Source: the human T2T-CHM13v2.0 reference genome, Homo sapiens | Assembly: GCF_009914755.1 (NCBI RefSeq) | Contig: NC_060928.1 | Strand: one strand, 5' to 3' | Length of the DNA stretch: 64,000 bases | In this document: positions 12,966 through 24,938 of the stretch, piece by piece | How the letters are laid out: every line of letters begins with the position of its first letter | Numbering within the stretch: the stretch's first letter is position 1 | Notes under the pieces: generated by a model | The model's input: the letters and a program-made list of their open reading frames with translations, nothing else | Told to the model about the DNA's origin: nothing | Databases searched by the model: none | Program-made: the position numbers and the translations under genes

Positions 12966-13546
12966 GACAAAGATAATTTATGGGAAAAATATATATGTAT
13001 AAGTATGTATATCCCAAGCTGGGAACTTCTTCCCTCCTTTTTTGCTTGCTAATTAAGAGTCATAAATAAAATGCTGATGAGCTGCAGTCTGCCGTCTGTG
13101 CTGTAGCTGGAGGGCTGTTTTGACTTAGCCTGACAAATGGCTAACCAGCCGCTCCCACTATGCCCAACTCAAGTGTTCAGCACTGAGAAATCCAGCTACT
13201 GCCAACAGCATCTTATAAACTTGTCACTATTTACTTACTTGGTGACAGTGTTTTTGTTCAGTGATCATCCCTGAGATTTTACTCGTCAGGGTGTGTCTGT
13301 TTCTCTCAAAATGCCAAAATGCCAAAATGCCATTTAAATATAATCCTTTCTCAAACCACATGAAAATAGTGAAGGTCTCTAAATGAGACTTTGATGCCCT
13401 TATAGTTCATCCCCATTGCAGTGCAGTTGGGGTGGGATGTTGTCTTTACAAAGCAGTAGCTGCATGTGCACAGGGCTTTATTAAATGGACACAAACTTCA
13501 GAGCTACTTCAATAAGCTACTAGTCAGGATTTCCAGGTAACCTGTT

Positions 13547-13751
13547 GAGTGGTGTGCTAGAGACAGCTCATACAAGCTTGGAAGAACTGATTGTTACATT
13601 TTCAGGAATTTTGCAAGGTGGTTGAAATCATGTTGGTAGACTGAAATTGGCCATGGTGAGAGTGTTTACACCATGGAAATTAGCAAACACTACAAAATCA
13701 GGCAGTTTCTCCCAGAGGGCTGGTTGCTAAACATTTACCAGCTCACCAATC
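13547..13751 (+). mobile_element. MER63-type hAT non-autonomous DNA transposon
   Basis: Terminal inverted repeats agtggtgtgcta...ccagctcacca; internal ttggtagactgaaattggccatggtgagagtgtttacaccatggaaattagcaaacactacaaaatcagg. Confidence 0.8.
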
Positions 13752-14389
13752 TTTGAGCACCTGGGTAAAACACAGATGTGACTGAGAATGGGAGAAGGGG
13801 CATCCCAAATTGGAAGTATAAATAAAACCATGATGCAGGACTCACTTCTCTCGAGTCCCTGCTGTGTGCTAAGTTCTATGCTAGCCTAGATTGAGACTGA
13901 CATATATCAGGAGGTACCTAGCAAATTAGCGATGTGGGGCCTACCAAAAATGTATTCATATGAAGGACAGAGAGCCTGCTAGGAGCTTGACTGCAAGCTG
14001 GTCATGGGAGAGAGGGAATAATGCTAGATGTAACATGGTACTTGTCACTCAGGTTTCAAGCCAGGCCCTAGCTGAGATTTGTAGAGGGTGGGTTGGGGAA
14101 AGCTTTAAGTAAAAACAGAAAAGGCTGCTTTGGGAACACTCTGTAGGACAAGATGGCATTGTTTGGATTTGACATCTTGTTTGTTCCAGGACCTCAGCTG
14201 CAGTAGTTTTGGGACAGCAGAGGCTTGGCTGACCCACACAGTGCAGTGGGGTGGGCTCCCTTGCAAGCTCTTTTGCAAGAGCACTTTGTGGAGGACCACA
14301 GTGTGAACAAAGAGGGGGAAAGGGACAGTAGAATTTATTTTGATGACCCCATATGTACTGGTAAGGCAAAGGGGAAGCTGGTTGCATAT

Positions 14390-14552
14390 ACATTTTCTCA
14401 ACTTATCCTCACAACACCCTTATGATAAAGGCATTATCATATCCTCTTTGTAGGTGAAGAAACTGAGGCTTGGAGGGTCCGAATAACTTGCCCAATATCA
14501 CAGAAAGTAAGTAGCAGAGCTGGGATTCACACATGAGGCTGACTGCAAACCC
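14390..14552 (-). mobile_element. MIR
   Basis: atcctcacaacacccttatga...gaagaaactgaggcttggaggg...aacttgcccaatatcacag...agcagagctgggattc. Confidence 0.85.
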
Positions 14553-14824
14553 TTCTTGGGGCCTCTGTGACCACCCTGAATTCATGTCTGCATATTCATT
14601 TATTTTCTTCTAATTTGGGGGGAAGAAGTCTCTCTCTTCTTTCCAAGGTCAACCTTTCCACTCCTGCCCATAAATCCTGTACCTTCCTAATTCCTGCTCC
14701 AGAGTCTTTGTAAAGCACCGCATTGCTCTGTTGTGCATCTTTAGCCTTTCTTCTGTCAGTTTATTCATTAATCTTTGCCATCTTTTAACAGAAATGAGTG
14801 ACTGTGTGGGGACTTTCTTAGCCT

Positions 14825-15730
14825 TCTCTCTTAGCCTCTGTGTTGTACTGAACACAGAACACATTCTCCTTTATTCTTGAAACTCTCTACTTCCCATCTT
14901 CTGTGATTGGTTTTTCTCTTCCCTCTCAGGTTTTTCTTCTGATCACTTCTGGCTCTTCTCCCTTTCCCAACCCATGAAATAGAAGCATTACTCCAAGAGT
15001 CTAGTGTTGGCTCTCTTCTTCTTGTGGTCCCCATGACCTCAGCACTCTATGCAGACAAATATATGAATATATCTACAGCTCTAGTTAGGAAATGGGCAGA
15101 AGTAACTCAACCATGTCCCCAGGACCAAGAGCAGTCTCTGGCATGTAGTGGGTACTCAGTAAATAGTAGGGATTTCAGATGAAGAGAACATTGTGAACAG
15201 AGGCTGTGCATGTATGTATTGATTTATTTGGAGGATACCCCTTTCAGGCTGCTGAACTCCTCAAACTCAGGAACTGTGCCTTTTCCTCATTTTTAATTTC
15301 CTGATCCAGCATAATACATAGTAGCTGTTCAATACATGTTTGCTGAATGAATGAGTGAGTCCAAGGTCGATGATAAATTGATGCAAAACTGTGGCAGTCC
15401 TTATATAGGAATTTAGGCTTTACTGTATGTGCAGTAGGCTTGCAGCCATGCAAGGCTTTTTCTCATTTGAGTAACTCAATTGAAGCTGAGCTCCAGGATG
15501 ACTCATGTGGCTGCCGTCAGCATTGAAACCTTGTGCCGTCTTCCTCCCTTGCCCTTGCTGTTCCATCTCTAATCAGTAGCCCAATCTTGTTGATTTTACT
15601 TCCACGTGTGGCTTTATGGCTTGTATTTGTGTTTTTGTTTCTATTCTCATGGCCACCTCCCAAGGTCAGCTCTAATTACCTCTTGTCTGGATGTCAGCAT
15701 AGGTCACTCCCCACTCTGGTTGCTGTTGAT
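14825..15730. mobile_element. Cluster of degraded L2 fragments (mostly +)
   Basis: Pyrimidine-rich L2 ORF2 remnants (cttgaaactctct, ctctatgcagac) and two L2 3' ends (ggcatgtagtgggtactcagtaaat; aatacatgtttgctgaatgaatga). Confidence 0.6.
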
Positions 15731-16500
15731 CCCTTTTCTGTAAGCCACGGCCTTGGCTATGCTACTGATGACTGGCTCTGTTTGAAAAAAAGAAAACAGA
15801 ACAAAGCAGAATTGGTTCTGGGAAAGCAAGGATAAAGAGGGCTAAAGTAACACTCCATTATCTGCCTTTAATCCCACAGGCCCTTAAAGCTGTTGCCTGC
15901 TTTGGGTTTTACCCTTGAGTTGCTTGAGTGGGCTTATCCCCTCATTGCTCCTTATAACAAAGAGTAGGATCCATTCTCACAATAAAGTTAAATTGTAGGG
16001 AAAGAAAGCGGACCAATGGGAAGCTTGTGCTTGACTATGTTGTTGAAAAGAGGCAAAGGAAATGGAAGAACAATCCTTTAGAGAAGGGAGAACAAGAGAA
16101 GGGAAAATGTAAAAGAGGAGATAGGAGAAGGCCATTAAGATAATAATTCTAGAGGGAAGGAAGAAAAAAAGGAGAGAAGACCAGAGCTGAGCTCCTGCCA
16201 TTTTTCATAGCTAATTATGATTAAATGGGCCGTTTCTGAAAATGCTCAATAAATGTGCACTATTACCTTAAGGTTTTGCTCTATTGCTATGCAATGCATG
16301 GGCATTGCATGAACTTTATCAGTCCAGAATTTTACCTAATAAAACAGTGAGCTAATGGACTTTAGGGGGCCTCTCTGGGGACTCTTGAGCTTAAGCGATT
16401 TAGGTCAGTGTTATGCAAAGTGTGATTTGCCTCCTGCAAGGAGGTAAGTACAGAAATCCACAGTCTGTATTTAGAAACTTTATAGCATTGCACATTGCTA

Positions 16501-16718
16501 CAATGATGTGCAGGAGGTGGGTGGTACCAGTCAAGAGAGCCAGAGCCAGAGAGATCGTGGGCATTTCTTCCCATTTTTGCAGCTCAGTAACTTCACTGTG
16601 GTAGCTTGAAATCAGCCATAATGGGAGGTATTTTTATCATGCAAATTGACAAATGCTACAAATCAGGACTCCTCCCACCCTTAAGAACCGGGTACTAAAC
16701 ATTTGCGGCACGCCACTG
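16501..16718 (+). mobile_element. MER63A hAT non-autonomous DNA transposon
   Basis: caatgatgtgcaggag...ggtagcttgaaatcagccataatgggag...aaatgctacaaatcagg...taaacatttgcggcacgccactg. Confidence 0.8.
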
Positions 16719-17099
16719 CTTGGCTGAGAAGTCCAAGCATCTGATGAGGAAATACTATGGAACGGCATGTTGTTCCACTTTCTTGGTGAGTTACTTGTGA
16801 CTGGAGCTGCCTACCCAGACGTGCATGGTAGGATCACCTATCTGTCACTAAAGGAATAGAGGAAATTGGTCCTTCACCATAGGGAGTTTGAAATGCACTG
16901 CCCTAGATCACCTTCAGCTTGTTCTGAGATCCAACAGAGTATTTCAACAGAGGTCTTCATGATAACCAAATGTAATAGCCCACTGGTTTAGAAACCTCCT
17001 ACTCCAGATTTTGAGTCCTATAAGACAGTTAGGATCAAGGGTAGCTGTGGCAGACCCAGCTGGGGCAGAGAAGCCAAATGTGAAATAGCAGAAGGTATG

Positions 17100-17490
17100 T
17101 GTATTAGTCTGTTAGGACTGCCATGAAAAATACCAAAGAATTGGTGGCATAAACAACAGAAATTTTTTTTTTTTCACAGCTCTGGAGGCTGTAAGTCCAA
17201 GATCAAGGTGTTGGCAGACTTAGTTTCTCTTGAGGCCACTCTTCTTGCCCTGCAGATGGCCGCCTTCTTGCTGTGTCCTCACATGGTCTTTTCTCTATTT
17301 GCATGCAAATAGAGAAACCCTGGTGTCTCTTCCTCTTCTTACAAGGACACCAATCCTATAGGATTAGGGCCCCACCTTTATTACCTCATTTAACTACAAT
17401 GATCCCTTAAAGGCTCTATCTTGAAATACAGTCACCTTGGGGGTTGGGACTTTATACAAAATTTGGGAGGACACAACCCAGTCTGTGTCA
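17100..17490 (-). mobile_element. MaLR solo LTR (MLT1A/B-like)
   Basis: tgtattagtctgttaggactgccat...tctggaggctgtaagtccaagatcaaggtg...ggattagggccccacc...; TG...CA ends; TSD gtatg/gtgtg. Confidence 0.9.
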
Positions 17491-17537
17491 GTGTGTCACT
17501 GTGCTTTACCTGTCGGGGCTCACTCTGCATTCCAATC

Positions 17538-17785
17538 AAGCATGGTATAGTGGGTCACAAGACTGGAGCCAAGGAGGCTTGACCTGACTCCCAGGTCTAC
17601 CTTCCCATTGGCTGTGTGGCTTTGGGCACCCTAATCTTTCTTATCCTGCATTATTCATCTGTAAGATGAATATAATACAAGAGCTTCCCTCACAGTGTAG
17701 TTATGAAGATCAAGTGAAGTCATGGAGGTAAGCTTTTAGCACAGTGTCTGGCCCATGATAGGTGCTTAATAAATGTATACTTTTA
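17538..17785 (+). mobile_element. MIR, near full length
   Basis: agcatggtatagtgg...gctgtgtggctttgggca...catctgtaagatgaa...ttagcacagtgtctggcccatgataggtgcttaataaatgt. Confidence 0.85.
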
Positions 17786-19277
17786 ATTTATGGTTTTGCT
17801 CTATTGCTGTGCATTTCATATACAGTATATTTTTAGGTCTCAGAGGAGGCCTAGGTGTGGAGAGCTGATGCAAAGAGTCTTGTATCTCATTTTTAGATCC
17901 CCAGTCTATCGTCCTCATCTCCAATATCATGGGTAAGAAAAGGCCAAGGTTTTTCTGACACCCCCTGTTTTACACATTCACTCTGAACTTGCTAAGGCCG
18001 ACTTTGAGTGGAGAGCCATGATTTCCTGAAGATCAATAATGCCAAAGAATCCAAAGGCATCACTTGTTAACCAATTTCCCAGTGGCCTGGCCTGCAGTGG
18101 GGTGAGAGGCATCAGAAAACACACAGGAACTGAGAATCAATGCACTGGGAAGAAAACCAGCTCCCTCAAAGGGGCTAATTTTCCCAGTGTGTAAATAAAT
18201 TATGTAAACAAATATCTGATCATATTTATAACCTCTACTTCTGAAAGATCCACCTAGGTGAATTTATTTGACTTTTACCCACTAGAAGAAGTTTGTTTAA
18301 ACAATATTATCAAGAAAAATCATGTAGTCAAATTGTTAGACTTTAAAGTCAAAATGGGCAATTTTATACATGAGGAAACTGATATGTTTTAAAAAAAATC
18401 TCCTGGTGTATTAATTTGAAGACGACAAGCTTTTAATTAAAAACACAAAAATAAGATTCTTAGATGAAAAATAAAGTATATTATACCTGGTTCAATATTC
18501 TTTTGGATAATTCAAATTTTGGTGATCAGAAAAAAAGATGCATAGGCTTTTGCTGCATAAGATCTTGCCAAGATGCTTTTACTGCCTGGCATTGATTTTC
18601 CCTCTCACCCACTCCAGGCATTCTCACTTCTGTTGGATGCCCCTTCCACTTTCTAGCAATCTCCAACCTCATCAAGGGCTATCCCTCCTCCAGTTCCCCC
18701 TGGAGTCCCATCTCTGTTCTTGTCTTCCCTGACTACTCCTGCTTGAAAAGAAATCTTCCTCACCTGAATCACTCTAGCACTTTTACTCTGTATTGTTAAT
18801 TTGCCAATTAATCACATCCACCTTTGCAATGCCTTTCATGATATGACCTTGAATTGCATGGTTTTAGGGCTTGTCTATCTTTTTAAGCTGCAGGTACCCT
18901 GAGAAAGGGACCTCATCTTACTCTTTGACACTCCTCCCCCGTTTAGTGATAATTAGCTGTGTGCCTTTTATAGAGTAGGAAGTCAATGAATATCACAGAG
19001 TTATCTGCTTTTTCCTGAAATGGTTAAGATCATTTTATGTTAATAAGTGTGTGTCTAGTCAAACTTACAGCAGTAAGCACTGAGGCTTTTTCTTTTTTAA
19101 TTGTAGATATCAAGCTGGAATTCTCTAGTAAATGCTCCTGGAATGTAATCTGGGGGTGCCATTGTTCCAGTGAGTTACAGTAATTTTTAAATCTAACTCT
19201 GGTGTAAAAGAGACCTGGGTTGAGTTCTAGTTTTCTTGGTTACCAGCTGTCTGACCTTGGGTAAATTACTACCTCTC

Positions 19278-19753
19278 TGTGATGGTTAATTTTAGGTGTC
19301 AGCTAGGTTAAGGGATTCCCAGACAGTTGGTAAAGCATTATTTCTGGGAGAGATTGACATTTGAGTCAGTGGACTGAGAAAGGAAGATCTGCTCTCACCC
19401 AGTGTGGGTGGGCTCCGTCAAATCAGCTGAGGGCCTGGAGAGAACCAAAAGGCAGGGAAAAGGCGAATTTGCTCTCTCTTCTGGAGCTTCTCCTGCCTTG
19501 TACATGAGGACTTCAGGGTCTCTGGCCTTCAGACTCTGGGACGTTTGAACCAGCAGCCCCCAGGTTCTCAGGCCTTTGGCCTCTGACCAAGAGTTACATC
19601 ATTGTCTTCACTGATTCTGAGGCCTTGGAACTTGGACTGAGCTATACCACTGACTCCTCTGTTCTCCAGCTTGCAGACTACCTGTCATGGGGCTTCTCAG
19701 CCTCCATAATCACATGAGCCAGTTTCCGTAATAACCCTGCTCTTGTCTGTCTG

Positions 19754-19799
<46 letters not shown>

Positions 19800-19850
19800 C
19801 ATCCATCCATTCTATTGGTTCTGTTTCTCTGGAGAACTTTGACTAATATA
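19278..19850 (+). mobile_element. ERVL solo LTR (MLT2B/C-like)
   Basis: tgtgatggttaattttaggtgtca...ctattggttctgtttctctggagaactttgactaatata; perfect 5-bp TSD ctctc. Confidence 0.9.
19744..19810. repeat. Compound tetranucleotide STR (TGTC)3(TATC)11(CATC)2CAT
   Basis: Read directly from the sequence. Confidence 0.95.
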
Positions 19851-20070
19851 CTCTCTAAAGCCCAGTATCTTCCTCTGTTAAGTGTGAGTAATAATAACAC
19901 CTTATCTCATAAGGTGGTGGCAGAGGAGTAAAATAGAAATAGTAGCACTCAATGAATATTAGATTTTTATCATTAATATTATTGTGACATACAGAGGTCA
20001 AAAAGTAGAAACCTTACCCATGGCTATCAGTCTCCATTCATCTGAACCAAGGGTAAAGAGTAAGACCGGT

Positions 20071-20421
<351 letters not shown>

Positions 20422-21914
20422 TTACTTCCCTGTGCCCAGTGCTGCTGGATAAGGAATATAATATTTCCTGTGCAGAATTCAGAAGGAGCACTTTCCTATC
20501 TAGGAAGAGGTGACTTGTGAACCACCTTTGGCCTCATGTTGTCATCACCTCCCCAATTCCCACTTCCCTTTGTAAAGCATAAAACATTTTAATACCTACA
20601 AGACACTATATTTTGTGTTGTTACTCTGGAGTTGGGCAGGTTGCACTGCCAGTACAATCATATTCATTAAAGATAAGTCAGCAGGACATTTGGCCTGGAA
20701 TGAATGATGAAACCAAGTCAAACCATATTCAATGTTTTCTCAGAGATGTTCAAGAAAAAGAACAACTTCAGTGGAAGAAGAAGAAGATAGGAGCCCAGGT
20801 CCTGTGTTTCACCAAGACAGCCGTGCAAAGCAGATGCTGCCAAAAAGGTGCAAAGTGGTTTGTCAGCTCTTCTGCATGTTCTAACAAATTAGACATGCAT
20901 CCCAAAAGGTATACTACAATATTAAAGCTTATTTATACACACTGTAAAGTTTCCCCTGAGTGTCCTGGCAGGCACTTGCATGGCTGGGCAGTATCCGTGG
21001 ACTGATTCCTTTGTGAATTACATGGAGCTGACAGGGCTGAAACCCACAGCTAACTCGGAGGAGGATGGAAGCTTGTGCTGGGCAAGGGGCTGAAGCCCCT
21101 CTGTGTAAGTCATATTAATCTCCTCTGAGCAGAGTGCTACAAAATTACTAAAGCTGCTTCTTGAAGACACTTCTAATGCAGTACCTAATGAAAATGTCAG
21201 GTGCGACAAGTTATTAGTTGCTGCACTGCTGTTCTGAAGTCCCAGGTATTTCTCTACCTGTTATCCATGAATGTGAGTTTTGTGGGGAAGGCAGTCACAG
21301 GCTGAGGAAAGCATCAGCAGTCATGTGTGCTGTCAGGCCTGTAAAGTGAGTGAGGACAATGAAGCTGGTTGAAGTGCCCCAGGAAATGGCCAGACTTCCA
21401 TAGTGGAGGTGAGGTGAAGAACTGAGTCCGGGCAAAGGTGTGTGGGGAGAAGAAGCTGCCTGGTGTACGATGCTGAGTAATGATACAACCCAAATCATCT
21501 GACTCTGCAGATTTGAAAGTTGCCGTTATTATTAAGAATTCAGATGGGAAAAGAAATATGGTTTGGGTTATTTCCATAGTCATTCCAGAAATCCAGGCTC
21601 AGTTTGGCATTTATTGACATAACTGTTTATATTGGATCTGTGTAGAAGTTTGTATCTTTCTGACTTGCATGATACTTCAGCCTTTCCTTGGAGTCTCTGT
21701 GGCTTCTCTTCCTCCTTTGCTCACCTCCAGTCATTGTCAAATGGCTTTGTGCAAGTTACTCTTTCTCGGCCTCCATTTTTTTGGATCCTGCCTTTGCCGC
21801 CCTCCTTGCCTGTACTCTGTCCAGTCCAGGCCCTCTGGACCTCTTGCCTGGACCTCCAAGCTCTCCCTCCTCCCATCTCTTCCCTTTCAACCTTCCTACC
21901 CAGAGCACAGCAGT

Positions 21915-22167
21915 AGTAACAGCTAACACCATTTAATAGGTATCCTTTCTATGCCAGGCCCTGGGGTTGCTATGTCACATATATTATTTGTAATGTTTGC
22001 AATAACCCTGGAAATGGTATTATTACCTCCATTGTACAGTTTGGAAGGCACCAAAAAAGGCACATGGGCCCACATTCATGCAAGCTAATGAGGGGCAAAA
22101 CTGGAATGAGAACCCAGGGCCACTGGGTCCCTCAGCTTATGCTGTTCCCTAACCATACTGCTTCCTC
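21915..22167 (-). mobile_element. MIR
   Basis: ctatgccaggccctgg...aataaccctggaaatggtattattacctccattgtacag...ctggaatgagaacccagg...aaccatactg. Confidence 0.7.
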
Positions 22168-22410
22168 CACTCAGAATCCTTTAGTGGCTCCCATTGCCTA
22201 ATAGATCAAGTCTGGGCTCCTTATCTTGGCTTCTGGGTCCTCTAAAATGTAGTCTGCTAGGTTTCCAGGCTTTCCTCTCCACCCCTCACACATCCTACTC
22301 TTTAGCCAAAAAAACAGACAAAAACCCTAAAAACAAAAAAATCCATTTTTTTATTTATACCCGTGCTTTCTTTCCTAAGTGCTTTTATATGTGCTATTTC
22401 TCCTGCCAGG
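22168..22410 (+). mobile_element. L2 fragment
   Basis: ctcagaatcctttagtggctcccattgcctaatagatcaagtc...ctccttatcttggc. Confidence 0.55.
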
Positions 22411-23859
22411 AGCAGAGACTGTCATGCTTTCCTCTGTATAAGTAAGTGTTGCCCAAGAAAACATTGAACAGAGGTGGGCTAGAGATCCATTTATTTTCTG
22501 GTTCACAAAGGGCATATTGGATCTTTATTAAATAGTCTAAAATGTCCTTTCAATAATGTTTTTCTTTAATATCTTTTTAAAAGACATTTAAAGTGAATCA
22601 GAAAGCAATTAAATGATTAATTGCTGTGGCTGAATTCTGCTGCCCTCAGCCTCTGTGGATGCTATCTCACCGATTAACCTCCATTTCTAAGCTCTGTCTG
22701 ATTGAGGGAAGCAATGACGGAAAACGCTTGGCCTGTCACATGACTGATCCTTGCTGTCATGAGCCATCGTTTTCTAACTGCAAGCTTTCATTTTCAAAGC
22801 CCTGGCATGATTTCAGGAGCTGTAAACCCTCATGTGAGTAAGTGAGCAGTAAGAACTGGCAGTTTTTCAATCTTAAGTCTCTCCAGCTTTAAACCCACAT
22901 TTAGCTGTGATTCTTTTTTTCTCCTTAAGTTGGACATTTTTTTAGTGAATACTTTTTTGATAAATAAAGTGGGGTGAAGGTGAACTTGACTGAGACAGAT
23001 ATGGGTTGGTCCGTTTAGGGCTGACCCTGGAAAAAAAAAGTTATGTCAGTCTTGACATTAATTCCGTAGTCAGAGTAGGTGAGAGAGGAGTAGATTAGTA
23101 TATAGGGTTCCCAGCCTTCCCAGTACAACCATGGACTCAGAGTTGGGGACACTAAAAATGTACATGAAGTTTATGATTTCACTGGTAGAGATGGCCCACA
23201 ATGCCAGTTTGGACAGGCATTACTCTAAACGTGGTGGGGAAGTCAGGAGACATCTACTCCAAGGCATAACCTCTAGGACAGTTTGTGGGGTATCAGGGAA
23301 GGATATATCATTGGAAAGATTTCTAGTTGCCATACACAAATAATTGGGCTTCAGTTTAATGCATAATTAACTGTTCTCAGTGTGTTATTAGTTGGACAAT
23401 TGGATTATTACATTATTTACATTAGTGTTTATAGGTAATCTGAAAACAAAAATGTGAATATAATATGAACTACCTCAAAGATTTGTCTCTGCTTAATAGT
23501 TTTATTTCAAATTTGTATATCAAATGTTTCATTACCCTTTTTTCATTTTATTTTTTAGCTTTCAAAACAAATTAGCAAGAGGAGGAAAGAGGAGAGGGAG
23601 AAACTGTGCACACCACCAGAATGTTATAGTAGGCGATATCATGAAAGCAATGTTGGAACTTTATACTCAGGTTTTGATTGTGCATCTATCTCTTTGTTGT
23701 CTTATCCTTTATCTTCATTTTTACCAAGTAATTATTGACCATCAAATGCCATTATGGTACCAACTTAAGAAATGGATGTAAAGAATTCTACAGGGAAAAA
23801 AAGCACATTGTCAGTGTATGAAATTTATTTAGAAGACAGTTACAGACACATATAAAAAT

Positions 23860-24130
23860 GATAGCAGCTTATGTTTGCGAAGCACTCACTATATGCCAAG
23901 CACTTTCTGTTAGCTAATAATAATATTTGCTCATTTAATATTAGCTCACATAATAATATTAATATTATTAGCTCATTTAATCCTCTCAACAACTGTCTAG
24001 GGTAGGTACTATTATCCCTATTTTATGGACAAGGAAATTAAGTCAACAAGAGATGAAATAATTTGTTTACAGTCACATAGCTAGGAAGTGGTAGAGTCAT
24101 AAGTTGAACCCAGGCAGTCTGAATCCAGAA
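23860..24130 (-). mobile_element. MIR with internal rearranged AT-rich insert
   Basis: agcactcactatatgccaagcact...tcatttaatcctctcaacaac...ggtaggtactattatccctattttatggacaaggaaa...tgaacccaggcagtctga. Confidence 0.85.
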
Positions 24131-24619
24131 TAATAATAATAAAAAAAGGTATAACCAGGGTGGAAACTTATTTTGCTCTTTTCAGGTTTCCTAGACTTTC
24201 CATCACCACCAGTGAATTCTGAGTGACAATAGTGTGGAATTTGGAAGAATGGAAGAGAAACTGAAGTGGAGAGATGGTGAAAGAGAAGAAAAAATGAAGA
24301 AAGATGCTTGCAAAAATACTGCTGTGGGTCCTGAGATGAGGATTCTGGGAGGGTAGGTGTGGCAATATCTCCCATTCTGTGCTTACCTGGGCCTCGACTG
24401 GTACCAGCAGACAGGGATGGGCAGTCAGTTAAGGAGTGTGGCTAGCGACTGTTGTGTCATGCATTGCACTGGTTTTCTGCTCCTCAGGCTGAAATGGATG
24501 CCCCTGACAGCTCCCTTTGAGTTCCTGTTCATCTGAAGTACACCAGCTTTCTAGATATGCTGTCACTTTCCTTCTGCAGAGCCACAGTGGTGTCCTGTCT
24601 TCTCAGACCTCTTCTCACC

Positions 24620-24938
24620 TCAAATCACTTAGGACTCGGCCACCAGACAGATTTGGGATTTCAGAACTTTTCAGATGTTAGAAAGGTAAATGGTATATAT
24701 TGCATATGTAGTATTTCCAGTAGAGTCTGGGTCAGCACCTCATAAGCAAATGTATTAATATTTTGACCACAACATATATGCATCGTCATCCTCAGGTCAG
24801 TAGTGACTATGTAGAACCTCATGTCAAAAAGGTCAGATTTTTTGCCACCTATGGAGTTTTTATGTCAAATATGTGAAAAACTTTTGGTTGCAGGGCTTTT
24901 GGGATTTTGGAACTGAGGATAAGGTATTGTGGACCATA
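24620..24938 (+). mobile_element. MER46C-like TcMar-Tigger DNA element
   Basis: ggatttcagaacttttcagatgttagaaaggtaa...gtctgggtcagcacc...gaaaaacttttggttgcagggcttttgggattttggaactgaggataaggtattgtggacc. Confidence 0.75.

Larger units (their letters stand above)
19190..19980 (+). mobile_element. MIR split by MLT2 insertion (19190-19277 and 19851-19980)
   Basis: agacctgggttgagttctag...agctgtctgaccttgggtaaattact|...|ctaaagcccagtatcttcctctgttaagtg...gcactcaatgaatatt. Confidence 0.75.

Noticed and set aside
13308-13331. (AAAATGCC)3 and other short direct repeats (9358-9391, 45674-45701)
   Set aside because: Ordinary slippage duplications with no spacers; not CRISPR-like or otherwise structured
20613-21005. 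130-aa ORF in unique DNA
   Set aside because: TTG start, no recognisable homology, no promoter context; kept only as part of a speculative exon finding
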